From Malacoraja senta (Eukaryota), in the NCBI GenBank assembly GCA_038087875.1, contig CM075992.1:9426001-9490000 (forward strand): 64,000 nt of DNA, in the 5' to 3' direction. The first letter of the stretch is position 1; every line of letters starts with the position of its first letter. A program made the translations under genes and the position numbers. This document shows positions 24,554-35,306 of this stretch, one piece after another. The notes below the pieces were generated by a model, which was not told where the DNA came from, searched no databases, and saw nothing but the letters and a program-made list of their open reading frames with translations.

Positions 24554-25334
24554 CAGCCAAATATGACGAGCCTGCTATGGCAACTTGGTCGGCATGGACA
24601 AAGTGGGCCGATGGGCCTGTTTCCTTGCTGTTCAGCTCAAAGCCTCTAGGACCAGAACATTGGTAAAAGTAATGGCCACACTTTATTGCCCTTTTTCTGA
24701 AGAAAGTCTGTGAGTCAAGTATGTAAATATTTGCTGAACATTAATAAGTAACTATATGTGAGAAGATAAAACGCTATTTTCTCACCATTGCTAATTGTAA
24801 TCCAGCTGCAGGAGGAGTGGATGAGGGACGTTATTAATGTAACGCCCACCGAGACGTGACTTATGTTGCAATGCCTGTGTCCCATACACTTCCACGATCC
24901 ACACCTTTAGCTCCAATGTTTGAGTCTTTGGGAACATGAAAGACGTTAGCGCGTAGGAGGATGAGGGATGATCTTACAGAGGTGTACAAGATCATGAGAG
25001 GAATAGATCGGATAGAGCCTCTTGCCCAGAGTCGAGGACCAGAGGACATAGGTTTGAGGTAAGAGGAGGAAAACATTTAATTGGAATCTGAGGGGCAACT
25101 TTTTCACACAGAGGATGGTGGGTGTATGGAACAAGCTGCCAGTGGAGGTAGTTGAGGCAGGGACTATCCCAACATTTAAGAAGCAGTTAGACAGGTACAT
25201 GGATAGGACAGGTTTGGAGGGATATGGACCAAACACGGGCAGGTGGGACTAGTGTATCTGGGACATGTTGGCTGGTGTGGGCAAGTTGGGTCGCTGGGCC
25301 TGTTTCCACACCGTATCACTCTATGATTCCACCT

Positions 25335-25987
25335 GGTGGCGCCAGCAATGGCTGCCTCGCCAACAGTCTGTCTGTCTCTTCTTTCTTTGTGTTTTAATAG
25401 TATATGTTAAATGTATGTTTTAAGTGTTCTTTAGCTTGTTTTATGTGGGGTGGTGGGGGTTGGGGGAAACTTTTTCTAATCTCTTACCTTGACGGAGATG
25501 CGATTTTTTCCCCCCGTAGGGTATCTCCGTCCACACTGCGGCCTAACATTGAGGAGTTGGCAGCCTTTGCTGGAGACCGATTTTGAGAGCTCCACCGCGG
25601 GGAGCCTACGGGACTTTAACATCGCAGAGCCCGCGATCCCTTTGCCAGGGATTGATCTTGGAGCTCCAACTTGGTGCTTGCGGACTTTAACATCGCGGTC
25701 TCTGGTCAGAGGCCGACTTCAGCAACTCCAAGCCGCAGGACCTTTGACCGTCCCGACGCGGGAGTTTTGATCGCCCCGATGCGAAGGCTTTGACCGCCAG
25801 CTGCGGGAGCTTCAATCGCCCCGACGGATGGTTCATCTGCCCCGGAGAATAAAGAGGAAGAAGTTTGGACTTTTTTGCCTTCCATCACAGTGGGGAATGT
25901 GGGGAATCCGCTGTGGTGGATGTTTATGTTAACATTTATGTAGTTGCGTGACAATATAAGACCTTTGACTATGACATTGACATTGAA
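25335..25987 (+). mobile_element. GC-rich non-autonomous retroelement with LINE-like 3' tail
   Basis: Homologous to 1-623(rc); ends ACAATATAAGACCTTTGACTATGACATTGACATTGA. Confidence 0.55.
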
Positions 25988-26049
25988 TTTACCCCAGTGG
26001 TCTGGCAGCTGGCGAGGTGCCGGTGTGAGTGAGCGCCCACTGCAGTCAG

Positions 26050-27024
26050 TGTGGTTCTGGTCACCAAGGTCTCGTTCACCATGGTTAATGGTCACCACAG
26101 CTACGCCACAGATACAGTCACTACCATTCTGGACACAACATTTCTGGTCACCACGGTTCTGGTCTGGTCAGTCATGGTCACTGTGGTTATGGTATCCATG
26201 GTTACGGTCTCCACGGTTATGGTCACCATGGTTACGACCCCACGGTTACGGTCTCCACGGTTATGATCACCACGGTTACGGTCTCCACGGTTACGGTCAC
26301 AATTTAGTTTAGTCACATGACCCGAGGTACAGTGAAAAGCTTTTGTTGCGTGCTAACCAGTCAGCGGGAAAACGATACATGATTACAGCCCAGCTTTTGC
26401 AGTGTGTAGATACATGATAAGGGAATATCGTTTCGTGCAAGGTAAAGCCAGCAAAGTCCGATCAAGTGTGTAGGAAGGAACTGCAGATGCTGGTTTAAAC
26501 CAAAGATGGACACAATAAGCTGGAGTAAGTCCGATCAAGGATAGTCCGAGGGTCACCAATGAGGTAGATAGTAGTTCACCAGTAGGTCTCCATGGTTACA
26601 TTCACCACAGTTCTGGTCACCTGGTCTGGTTACTGTGCTTATAGTTTCTGAGGTTCTGGTCACCATGGTTACAGTCACCATGGTTCTGGTTACCACAGTC
26701 CCGGTCTCCATGGTTACAGTCACTGTGGTTCTGGTTCCCATGGTCCCGGTCTCCATGGTTACAGTCACCATGGTTCTGGTTACCATGGTCCCGGTCTCCA
26801 TGGTTACAGTCACTGTGGTTCTGGTTACCATGGTCCCGGTCTCCATGGTTACAGTCACCATGGTTCTGGTTACCACGGTCCCGGTCTCCATGGTTACAGT
26901 CACCATGGTTCTGGTTACCATGGTCCCGGTCTCCATGGTTACAGTCACCATGGTTCCGGTGTCCCTGGTCACGGTCACCATGGTTCTGGTCTCTCTGGTT
27001 ACGGTCTCTCTGGTTATGGTCACC
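26050..27024. repeat. 15-bp-based minisatellite with 45-bp higher-order unit, interrupted at ~26303-26585 by LINE/PLE fragments
   Basis: CCGGTCTCCATGGTT-ACAGTCACCATGGTT-CTGGTTACCATGGTC units at 26701, 26746, 26791, 26836, 26881 and 26926. Confidence 0.9.
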
Positions 27025-27889
27025 CACTGGTGTATGAGGCAGCACCAACACTGCCCTGGTTCTGTCGTTGTGCACTGGCAGCAGGTTTCTCCGTACAGCT
27101 CTGTGTTCTCCTCGCAACAGCAGGAGCAACGGAGTTGTCCCAGGGTGTGGACACCCGGTGAACTCCAGTGAAGACCTGACCCATCACTCTTCCCTCAGCA
27201 AGGCCAGGCTGTGCAGCCGAACATCTCCAAGAGTGAACATCACCTCTGTCCCCATCCTCTCCACCAGCTGGAGAAATATTGAACATCACCATATTCATAA
27301 AGTCATGAATTTGAGCAGAATTAGGCCATTCGGCCCATCAACTCTACTCCGCCATTCAACCATGGCTGATCTATCTCTCCCTCCTAACCCCATTCTCCTG
27401 TCTTCTCCCGTACTAATCAAGAATTTCAGATATTCTCACCAAGTTGATGAGAATAAAATAATTGGATGGTGTAAGATTATTGTAACTGAATGGCTGATGG
27501 CCAGTATGGACTCGATGGGCCTGTTTCCATGCTGTATGAGTCTATGACCATGAGTGAGGAAGTGGGCGAGTGGGATGGCGGTTGGCTGTGAGTACAAGGA
27601 TTGCTCCCCTCCTGACTCATGCTGGGTGCAGTTACCCAGCCACAGGTTTACCTGGTCTGTTGCACAACCACTCATTCCCCATCAATGAGTCAAGGCAGCA
27701 GCAACAACCTGATGCACTGCCGTCTAATGTGATTTACAGAGTCAAGAGTTTAGTTTAGAGATACAGCGCGGAAACAGGCCCTTCGGCCCATTGAGTTCGT
27801 GCCGACCAGCGATTCCCACACTAACACTACCCTACACACACTAGGGACAATTTTACATTTATACCAAACCAATTAACCTACAAACCTGT

Positions 27890-28010
27890 TAAAGAAGGAA
27901 CTGCAGATGCTGGAAAATCGAAGGTACACAAAAATGCTGGAGAAACTCAGCGGGTGCAGCAGCATCTATGGATGCTGCTGCACCCGCTGAGTTTCTCCAG
28001 CATTTTTGTG
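27890..28010. mobile_element. PLE fold-back inserted in a V-SINE
   Basis: 15-bp duplication AACCTACAAACCTGT at 27875-27889 and 28011-28025. Confidence 0.8.
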
Positions 28011-28796
28011 AACCTACAAACCTGTACGTCTTTGGAGTGTGGGAGGAAACCGGAGATAATAGACAATAGACAATAGACAATAGTCAATAGGTGCAGGAGT
28101 AGGCCATTTGGCCCTTCGAGCCAGCACCGCCATTCAATGTGATCATGGCTGATCATCCCCAATCAGTACCCCGTTCCTGCCTTCTCCCCATATCCCCTGA
28201 CTCCGCTATTTTTAAGAGCCCTATCTAGCTCTCTCTTGAAAGCATCCAGAGAACCGGCCTCCACCAGCCTCTGAGGCAGAGAATTCCACAGACTCACAAT
28301 GCTCCGCGTGAAAAAGTGTCTCCTCGTCTCCATTCTAAATGGCTTCCTCCTTATTCTTAAACTGTGGCCCCTGGGTCTGGAGTCCCCGAACATCGGGAAC
28401 ATGTTTCCTGCCTCAAGCATGTCCAAGCCCCTAACAATCTTATATGTTTCAATGAGATCCAGATCTCGGAGAAATCCTATGTGGTCACGAGGAGAACGTG
28501 CAAACTCCACACAGACAGCACCCGTAGACTTGCTGTTGACACTCTCCACCACCGTCCCAACGAGGAAGTGGATCCTTGGCCTTCCTCTTCTAACGTCAAC
28601 AATAAGCTCCTTAATGACATTGAGAGCAAGGTTAATCTTCTGGCAACATTCCATCAGACAATCGATCTCATTCCTTTACACTGACTCATCATCAGCAAAT
28701 TTAAAGATGGAGTTGGAATTGTGTCCATCTTACACACTGTCATGGGTATAGTGTGAGTAGAGCAGGGAGCTGACCACACAGACTTCAGATGCTCCT

Positions 28797-29469
28797 GTGC
28801 AGGTACAGCAGGCAGTGAAGAAAGCGAATGGCATGTTGGTCTTGATAACAAGAGGAGTTGAGTATAGGAGCAAAGAGGTCCTTCTGCAGTTGTACAGAGC
28901 CCTAGTGAGACCACACCTGGAGTATTGTGTGCAGTTTTGGTCCCCTAATTTGAGGAAGGACATTCTTGCTATTGTGGGAGTGCAGCGTATAATTACAAGG
29001 TTAATTCCCGGGATGGCGGGACTGTCATATGCTGGGAGAATGGAGAGGCTGGGCTTGTATACTCTGGAGTTTAGAAGGATGAGAGGGCATCTCATTGAAA
29101 CATTTAAGATTGTTAAGGGTTTGGACACGCTAGAGGCAGGAAACATGTTCCCGATGTTGGGGGAGTCCAGAACCAGGGGCCACAGTTTAAGAATAAGGGG
29201 TAGGCCATTTAGAATGGAGACAAGGAAACATTTGTTCACATAGAGAGTTGTGAGTCTGTGGAATTCTCTGACTCAGAGGGCAGTGGAGGCCGTTTCTCTG
29301 GATACTTTCAAGAAAGAGCTAGATAGGGCGCTTAAAGATAGCAGAGTCAGGGGATACGGGGAGAAGGCAGGAACAGGGTACTGATTGGGGATGATCAGCC
29401 ATGATCACATTGAATGGCGGTGCTGGTTCAAAGGGCCGAATGGCCTACTCCTGCACCTATTGTCTATTG
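28797..29469 (+). mobile_element. CR1 LINE 3' fragment nested in a decayed Rex1/Babar copy
   Basis: QVQQAVKKANGML..RPHLEYCVQFWSP; the flanks on both sides match Rex RT on the minus strand. Confidence 0.88.
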
Positions 29470-30218
29470 CTGATGGTTATTGAGGAGGAAGTTATGTTGC
29501 CAACGTGTACCGATCGCTTTCTGTTGATGAGGAAGTCGAAGGTCCATCTGCAGAATGGCACGGTGGCACAGCAATAGAGCTGCTGCCTTACAGCGCCAGA
29601 GACCTGGGTTCGATCCTGACTATGGGTGCTGTCTGTACGGAGTTTGCATGTCATTCCTGTGAACGTGAGGGTTTTCTCCGGGTGCTCCGGTTTCCTCCCA
29701 CACTCCAAAGATCTACAGCTTTGTAGGTTGATTGGCATCTGTAAATTAAAAAAATTGACCCTGGCGTGTAGGATCGTGCCAGTGTATGGGGTGTTCGCTG
29801 GTTGGGGCGGACTCGATGGGCCGAAGGGCCAGATTCCATGATGCATCTCTAAAGTCCAAAGGAATGCACGGAGACCCAGCTTTGTGAGCTTGGTAACAAG
29901 TTTAGATGGGATGATGGTATTGAACGCAGAGGTGTAGTCTATGTCTAGGTGGTGCAGTGCAGAGTGGAGAGCCAGTGAGAACCTGTTGTGGCTGTAGGCA
30001 AACTGTAGTGGGTCCGGGTTCTTGCTGCGTGATATGTTGCGGAGTTGATATGTGCTATAACCGACCTCTCATCGCACTTGTGTAGGAAGGAACTGCAGAT
30101 GCTGGTTTACACTGAAGATGGACACAAAATGCTGGAGTAACTCAGCGGGACAGGCAGCATCTCTGGAGAAAAGGAATAGGTGACATTTCGGGTTGAGACC
30201 CTTCTTCAGCCAAAGATT

Positions 30219-30784
30219 CTTCTGCAGTTGTATAGGGCTCTGGTGAGACCACATCTGGAGTATTGTGTACAGTTTTGGTCTCCTAATTTGAGGAAGGACA
30301 TCCTTGCGATTGAGGCAGTGCAGCGTAGGTTGACGAGATTGATCCCTGGGATGGCGGGACTGTCATATGAGGAAAGATTGAAAAGACAAGGCTGGAGTTT
30401 AGAAGGATGAGGGGGAATCTTATAGAAACATATAAAATTATAAAAGGACTGGACAAGCTAGTTGCAGGAAAAATGTTCCCAATGTTGGGCAAGTCCAGAA
30501 CCAGGGGCCACAGTCTTAGAATAAAGGGGAGGTCATTTAAGACTGAGGTGAGAAAAAACTTTTTCACCCAGAGAGCTGTGAATTTGTGGAATTCCCTGCC
30601 ACAGAGGGCAGTGGAGGCCAAGTCACTGGATGGATTTAAGAGAGAGTTAGATAGAGCTCTAGGGGCTAGTGGAGTCAAGGGATATGGGGAGAAGGCAGGC
30701 ACGATCGCAATGAATGGCGGTGTTGGCTCGAAGGGCCGAATGTCCTCCTCCTGCACCTATTTTCTATGTTTCTATGTTTCCATG
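30219..30784 (+). mobile_element. CR1 LINE 3' fragment nested in a PLE fold-back
   Basis: LQLYRALVRPHLEYC.. with a (TTTCTATG)n tail; pLTR arms at ~30080-30210 and ~30785-30852. Confidence 0.85.
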
Positions 30785-32113
30785 TCGCCCGTTCCTTCTC
30801 TCCAGAGATGCCGCCTGTCCCGCTGAGTTACTCCAGCATTTTGTGTCTACCTCTCAAAGCGCTTCATCACCACAGATGTTAGTGTCACAGGTCAAGAGGC
30901 ATTGTTGGGGTTTGAAGGGAGTTGCTGGAGTGAGTTTGTTAGCAACTGATGGCTCCTTGAATAGAACAGTGTGTGAACCAGAGGCCAGGGACAAAGAACA
31001 TGCTGTCACCTCAGGTAACCAGAGACCAGCCTGAACCAGCTAGAATTAATAAAACCAAGACAGAATTGTGAACAACAACCCCTTATTTGGATAAAGGTAA
31101 TGAGGTAATGTCAACTGCTCCCCTGGGATCAGGACCAATGAGGAAGGGACACTGTCCAGTTGACTGGTTTTGAGCCAGTGACAAGCAGCGGGTTTAATCA
31201 CCTTACGTGGATGTTGCCAGGACTCGAGGGCCTGAGCTACAGGGAGAGGTTGAGCAGGCTAGGACTCTATTCCTGGGCGCACAGGAGGATGAGAGGTGAT
31301 CTTATGGAGGTGTATAAAATCATGAGAGGAATAGATCAGGTAAATGCCTTTTGCCCAGAGTAGGGGAATTGAGAACATAGTGGACATTCAGTAGGTCTTA
31401 GCTGAGAGGGGAAAGATTTAATAGGCACTGGAGGGGTAACTTTATTAGACAATAGACAATAGGTGCAGGAGTAGGCCATTCGGCCCTTCGAGCCAGCACC
31501 GCCATTCAATGTGATCATGGCTGATCATCCTCAATCAGTACCCTGTTCCTGCCTTCTCCCCATATCCCCTGACTCCGCTATCTTTAAGAGCCCTATCTAG
31601 CTCACACAAAGGGTGGTGGGTGTATGGAACAAGCTGCCAGAGGAGGTAGTTGTGGCAGGTACTATTGCAACGTTTAAGAAACATTTAGACAGGTACATGG
31701 ATAGGACAGGTTTAGAGGGACATGGGTGAAACGTAGGCAGGTGGGACTAGTGTAGATGGGGCATGTTGGTCGGAGTGGGCAAGTTGGGCCAAAGGGCCTG
31801 TTTCCACACTGTATCACTCTATGACTATGTAGAGGTAAGAAAGCCTGTACCTGTGCAGCAGTGTCGTGTAGTCTCATAGTTTTATTCTGCGTATCTTTTA
31901 GTTTGTCGTGATGCATTTGTCTCCCTTTTTCCTGGATATGTAACAGCTGCCAGCTGTGAATAAAGAAACCTTGAAAACTATCACTGGACTCTGAACATGA
32001 TTAACAAGTACATTCAAATAATCATTACGCCATCTCACCTTGCCTTATTAAAGCAGGTGGGAACCTCAGACCTTTGGAATGGAAGTCTTCTTTAGTTTCA
32101 GAGATACAGCATG

Positions 32114-32481
32114 CAAACAGGCCCTTCAGCCCACCGAGTCCATGCTGACCAGCGATTCCCAAACAGGCCCTTCAGCCCACCGAGTCCATGCTGACCGGCA
32201 ATTCCCAAACAGGCCCTTCAGCCCACCGAGTCCACGCTGACCAGCGATTCCCAAACAGGCCCTTCAGCCCACCGAGTCCATGCTGACCAGCGATTCCCAA
32301 ACAGGCCCTTCAGCCCACCGAGTCCATGCTGACCAGCGATTTCCAAACAGGCCCTTCAGCCCACCGAGTCCATGCTGACCAGCAATTCCCAAACAGGCCC
32401 TTCAGCCCACCGAGTCCATGCTGACCAGCGATTCCCAAACAGGCCCTTCAGCCCACCTAGTCCATGCTAACCAGCGATTCC
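32114..32481. repeat. 46-bp tandem repeat x8 derived from V-SINE tail
   Basis: CAAAC recurs every 46 nt from 32114 to 32482. Confidence 0.95.
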
Positions 32482-32559
32482 CAAACACTAGCATTATCCT
32501 ACTCACTAGGGACAATTTACAGAGGGCCAATTAACCTACAAACGTGCATGTCTTAGGGA

Positions 32560-33051
32560 TGTGGGCTGCATCACAGTCTGGTACGGGACCTGTTCTGCCC
32601 ACAGCCGCAAATCACTACACAGAGTGGTGAAGGCAGCACAGCACATCACTGGCAACTGCCTCCCGGCCATTCAGGACATTTTCCACCAGCGGTGCCTGCG
32701 GAATGCACACAGCATCATCAAGGACCACAGCCACCCAGCACGTAGAGTGTACTCCTTGTTACCGTCAGGCAGACGATACAGGAGCATGGCTGCACGTACC
32801 ACCAGACTTAAGAACAGTTTTAATCATCATGCCATCAGGCTTCTGAACTCATAAACACATCATATATGTTGATTATTTTATTTATTATTGTCTTTTACCA
32901 ACCAATGTCACTTTTATCTTATCTTTTTGTTACCTTAATTTTATGCTTGTAATATCATTGCTGAGGTGACCCGTTGTCTTGTCAAACACATGTCATTGTC
33001 CCGTTGACCCTGTGTTAACCTACATATGACAAATTAAACTGAACTGAACTG
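32560..33051 (+). mobile_element. Rex1/Babar LINE 3' fragment
   Basis: CITVWYG..IIKDHSHP..LLPSGRRYRS..NSF; (AACTG)n tail; the same 3' UTR occurs at ~14886-15107. Confidence 0.85.
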
Positions 33052-33809
33052 ATACTGGAGCACCCGGAGAAACCCCATGCGGTCATGGGGAGAACGTGCA
33101 AACTCCATATAGACAGCACCCATAGTCAGGATCAAAGATAGCTCCTCTAGTGTATTTGGTCAGGATCGAGCCCGGGTCTCTGATGCTGTGAGGCAGCAAC
33201 TCCACCACTGCCGTGCCGTGATTAACGATGTCCGCAAAAGCTCCAGCCAATTAGTTTTAGTGTTCGGAACTTTCAACACTTCCCCAGCCTGGGGGGGGGG
33301 GGGGGGGGGGGAAGGCAGTAGTGGGGTGTTACTGGAATTGGAGAATTCAGTGCTTATATCGTTGGATTGTAAGCTACTGAAGTGGAACATGCATGCTGCT
33401 GTTCTTGACTAACTGGAGGAATAGCGCCTTGTCTTCTGCTTGGGCAGCTGACGACTCAATGACTTGAACATTGAATTCTCCAATTTCAAGTAATACCTGC
33501 CTATTCCTCGAAGATGGTCACACAATGCTGGAGTAACTCAGCGGGGCAGGCAGCATCTCTGGAGAGAAGGAATGGGTGATGTTTCAGGAGGAAACCCTTC
33601 TTCAGACTGAAGGTCTGAACTCGCCTATTGATACCCGGTATAGGCTGATACCTGCCCTTTCCTCCCTCTCTCCCCTGCACCCAGCCTAACCCACTGTGCA
33701 CACATTTCTTCCACCATCTTTCACCCCCCAGTCACCCTGCTCCTTACCCCCATCCTTGCACACTCACCTCCCGGTGAGTGCAGGACACAGCGGTAGAGTT
33801 GCTGCCTTA

Positions 33810-34500
33810 AGGGCCTGTCCCACTTACGTGACCTTTACAGGTGACTGCTGGCACCCGTGATAAGTCGCCGAAATTTTCAACATGTTGAAAATTCAGCGGT
33901 GACCAGAAAGACGCTACGACTCTTTGGAGACCTCTCACGACCATAGGAGAGCTCTCACGACCATAGGAGACCTCTCACGACCATAGGAGACCTCTCACGA
34001 CCATAGGAGACCTCTCACGACCATAGGAGACCTCTCACGACCATAGGAGACCTCTCACGACCATAGGAGACCTCTCACGACCATAGGAGACCTCTCACGA
34101 CCATAGGAGACCTCTCACGACCATAGGAGACCTCTCACGACCATAGGAGACCTCTCACGACCATAGGAGAGCTCTCACGACCATAGGAGAGCTCGCACGA
34201 CCATAGGAGACCTCTCACGACCATAGGAGACCTCTCACGACCATAGGAGACCTCTCACGACCATAGGAGACCTCTCACGACCATAGGAGACCTCTCACGA
34301 CCATAGGAGACCTCTCACGACCATAGGAGACCTCTCACGACCATAGGAGACCTCTCACGACCATAGGAGACCTCTCACGACCATACAGAGTCGTAGCGTC
34401 TTTCTGGCCGCCGCTGAAATTTCAACATGTTGAAAATTTCGGCGACCTATCACGGGTGCCGGCAGTTGCCTGTAAAGGTCGCGTAAGTGGGACAGGCCCT
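33810..34500. mobile_element. PIF/Harbinger-type MITE with ~115-bp inverted arms, inserted in a V-SINE head
   Basis: TTA|AGGGCCTGTCCCACTTACG...CGTAAGTGGGACAGGCCCT|TTG. Confidence 0.88.
33926..34385. repeat. 20-bp minisatellite x23 inside the MITE
   Basis: (GGAGACCTCTCACGACCATA)n, almost invariant. Confidence 0.97.
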
Positions 34501-35177
34501 TTGCAGCGCTTGCAGTGCCAGAGACCCGGGTTCCATCCCGACTACGGGTGCTGTCTGTACGGAGTTTGTACGTTCTCCCCGTGACCTGGGTGGGTTTTCT
34601 CCGAGATGTTCAGTTTCCTCCCACACTCCAAAGACGTGCAGGTTTGTAGGTTGATTGGCTTGGTATAGGTGTAAATTGTCCCTCGTGTGTGTAGGATAGA
34701 GTTAATGTGTGGGGGTCGGTGCGGACGGGCCTGTTTCCTCGCCATATCTCTAAACTAAACTAAACCTCCTATCTCCATCACCCACATTCTTCTTTCATCT
34801 AAAAATAGACACAAAAAGCTTGGCTCTCGTCCTGAAACGTCACATTCCTTCTCTCCAGAGATGCTGTCCGACTGACCCGTTGAGTTACGCCAGCTTTTTG
34901 TGTCTATCTTTGGTTTAAACCAGCATCTGCAGTTCCTTCCTACACATTTCTACTTTTATCTCCCCCTTTCCCTTCCCCCTGTCCCCCTCCACGTCCCCCT
35001 GGCTTCACATCTCACTTCTCTCCTTGTCCAACAACCATTTTGTCTGCTTCTCACTTCTAAACTTTGTCATTTGCTCCACCCATCTGCCCATGAACACTCC
35101 CTGTATCCACCTATCACTTGCCAGGGTTTGGCCCATTTCACATCCCTTTTCCAGCTTTCTCTCCCCACTCCATCAGT

Positions 35178-35205
35178 CTGAAGAAGGGTCCCGACCCGAA
35201 ACGTC
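35178..35205 (+). ncRNA. Minimal type I hammerhead ribozyme motif
   Basis: CTGAAGA-A-GGGT[CCCG]ACCC-GAAA-CG-TC. Confidence 0.7.
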
Positions 35206-35306
35206 ACCTCTCCATTCCCTCCACAGATGCTGTCTGACCGTCTGTCCTTCCAGCGCTTTGTTCTTTGCTCAAGATTCCAGCATCTGCAGTTGCTTTTTGC
35301 TTCAAA

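Noticed and set aside
26553..27171. Repetitive His/Asp-rich or mucin-like protein gene
   Set aside because: Open frames follow from a stop-free repeat with unit length a multiple of 3; there is no splice or domain support, and the array is interrupted by TE fragments.
27030..27300. Cys-containing unique ORF as a DAN-family (DAND5) exon
   Set aside because: No cystine-knot CxGxC/CxxC spacing in the frames I examined.
30891..31014. Possible exon (cacag|...|gtaacc)
   Set aside because: Weak pyrimidine tract, no recognisable protein in any frame and no partner exons.
33926..34385. CRISPR-like regular repeats (also 21841-22363, 32114-32481, 57226-57670)
   Set aside because: Units are directly adjacent with no unique spacers, there are no cas genes, and the context is vertebrate.
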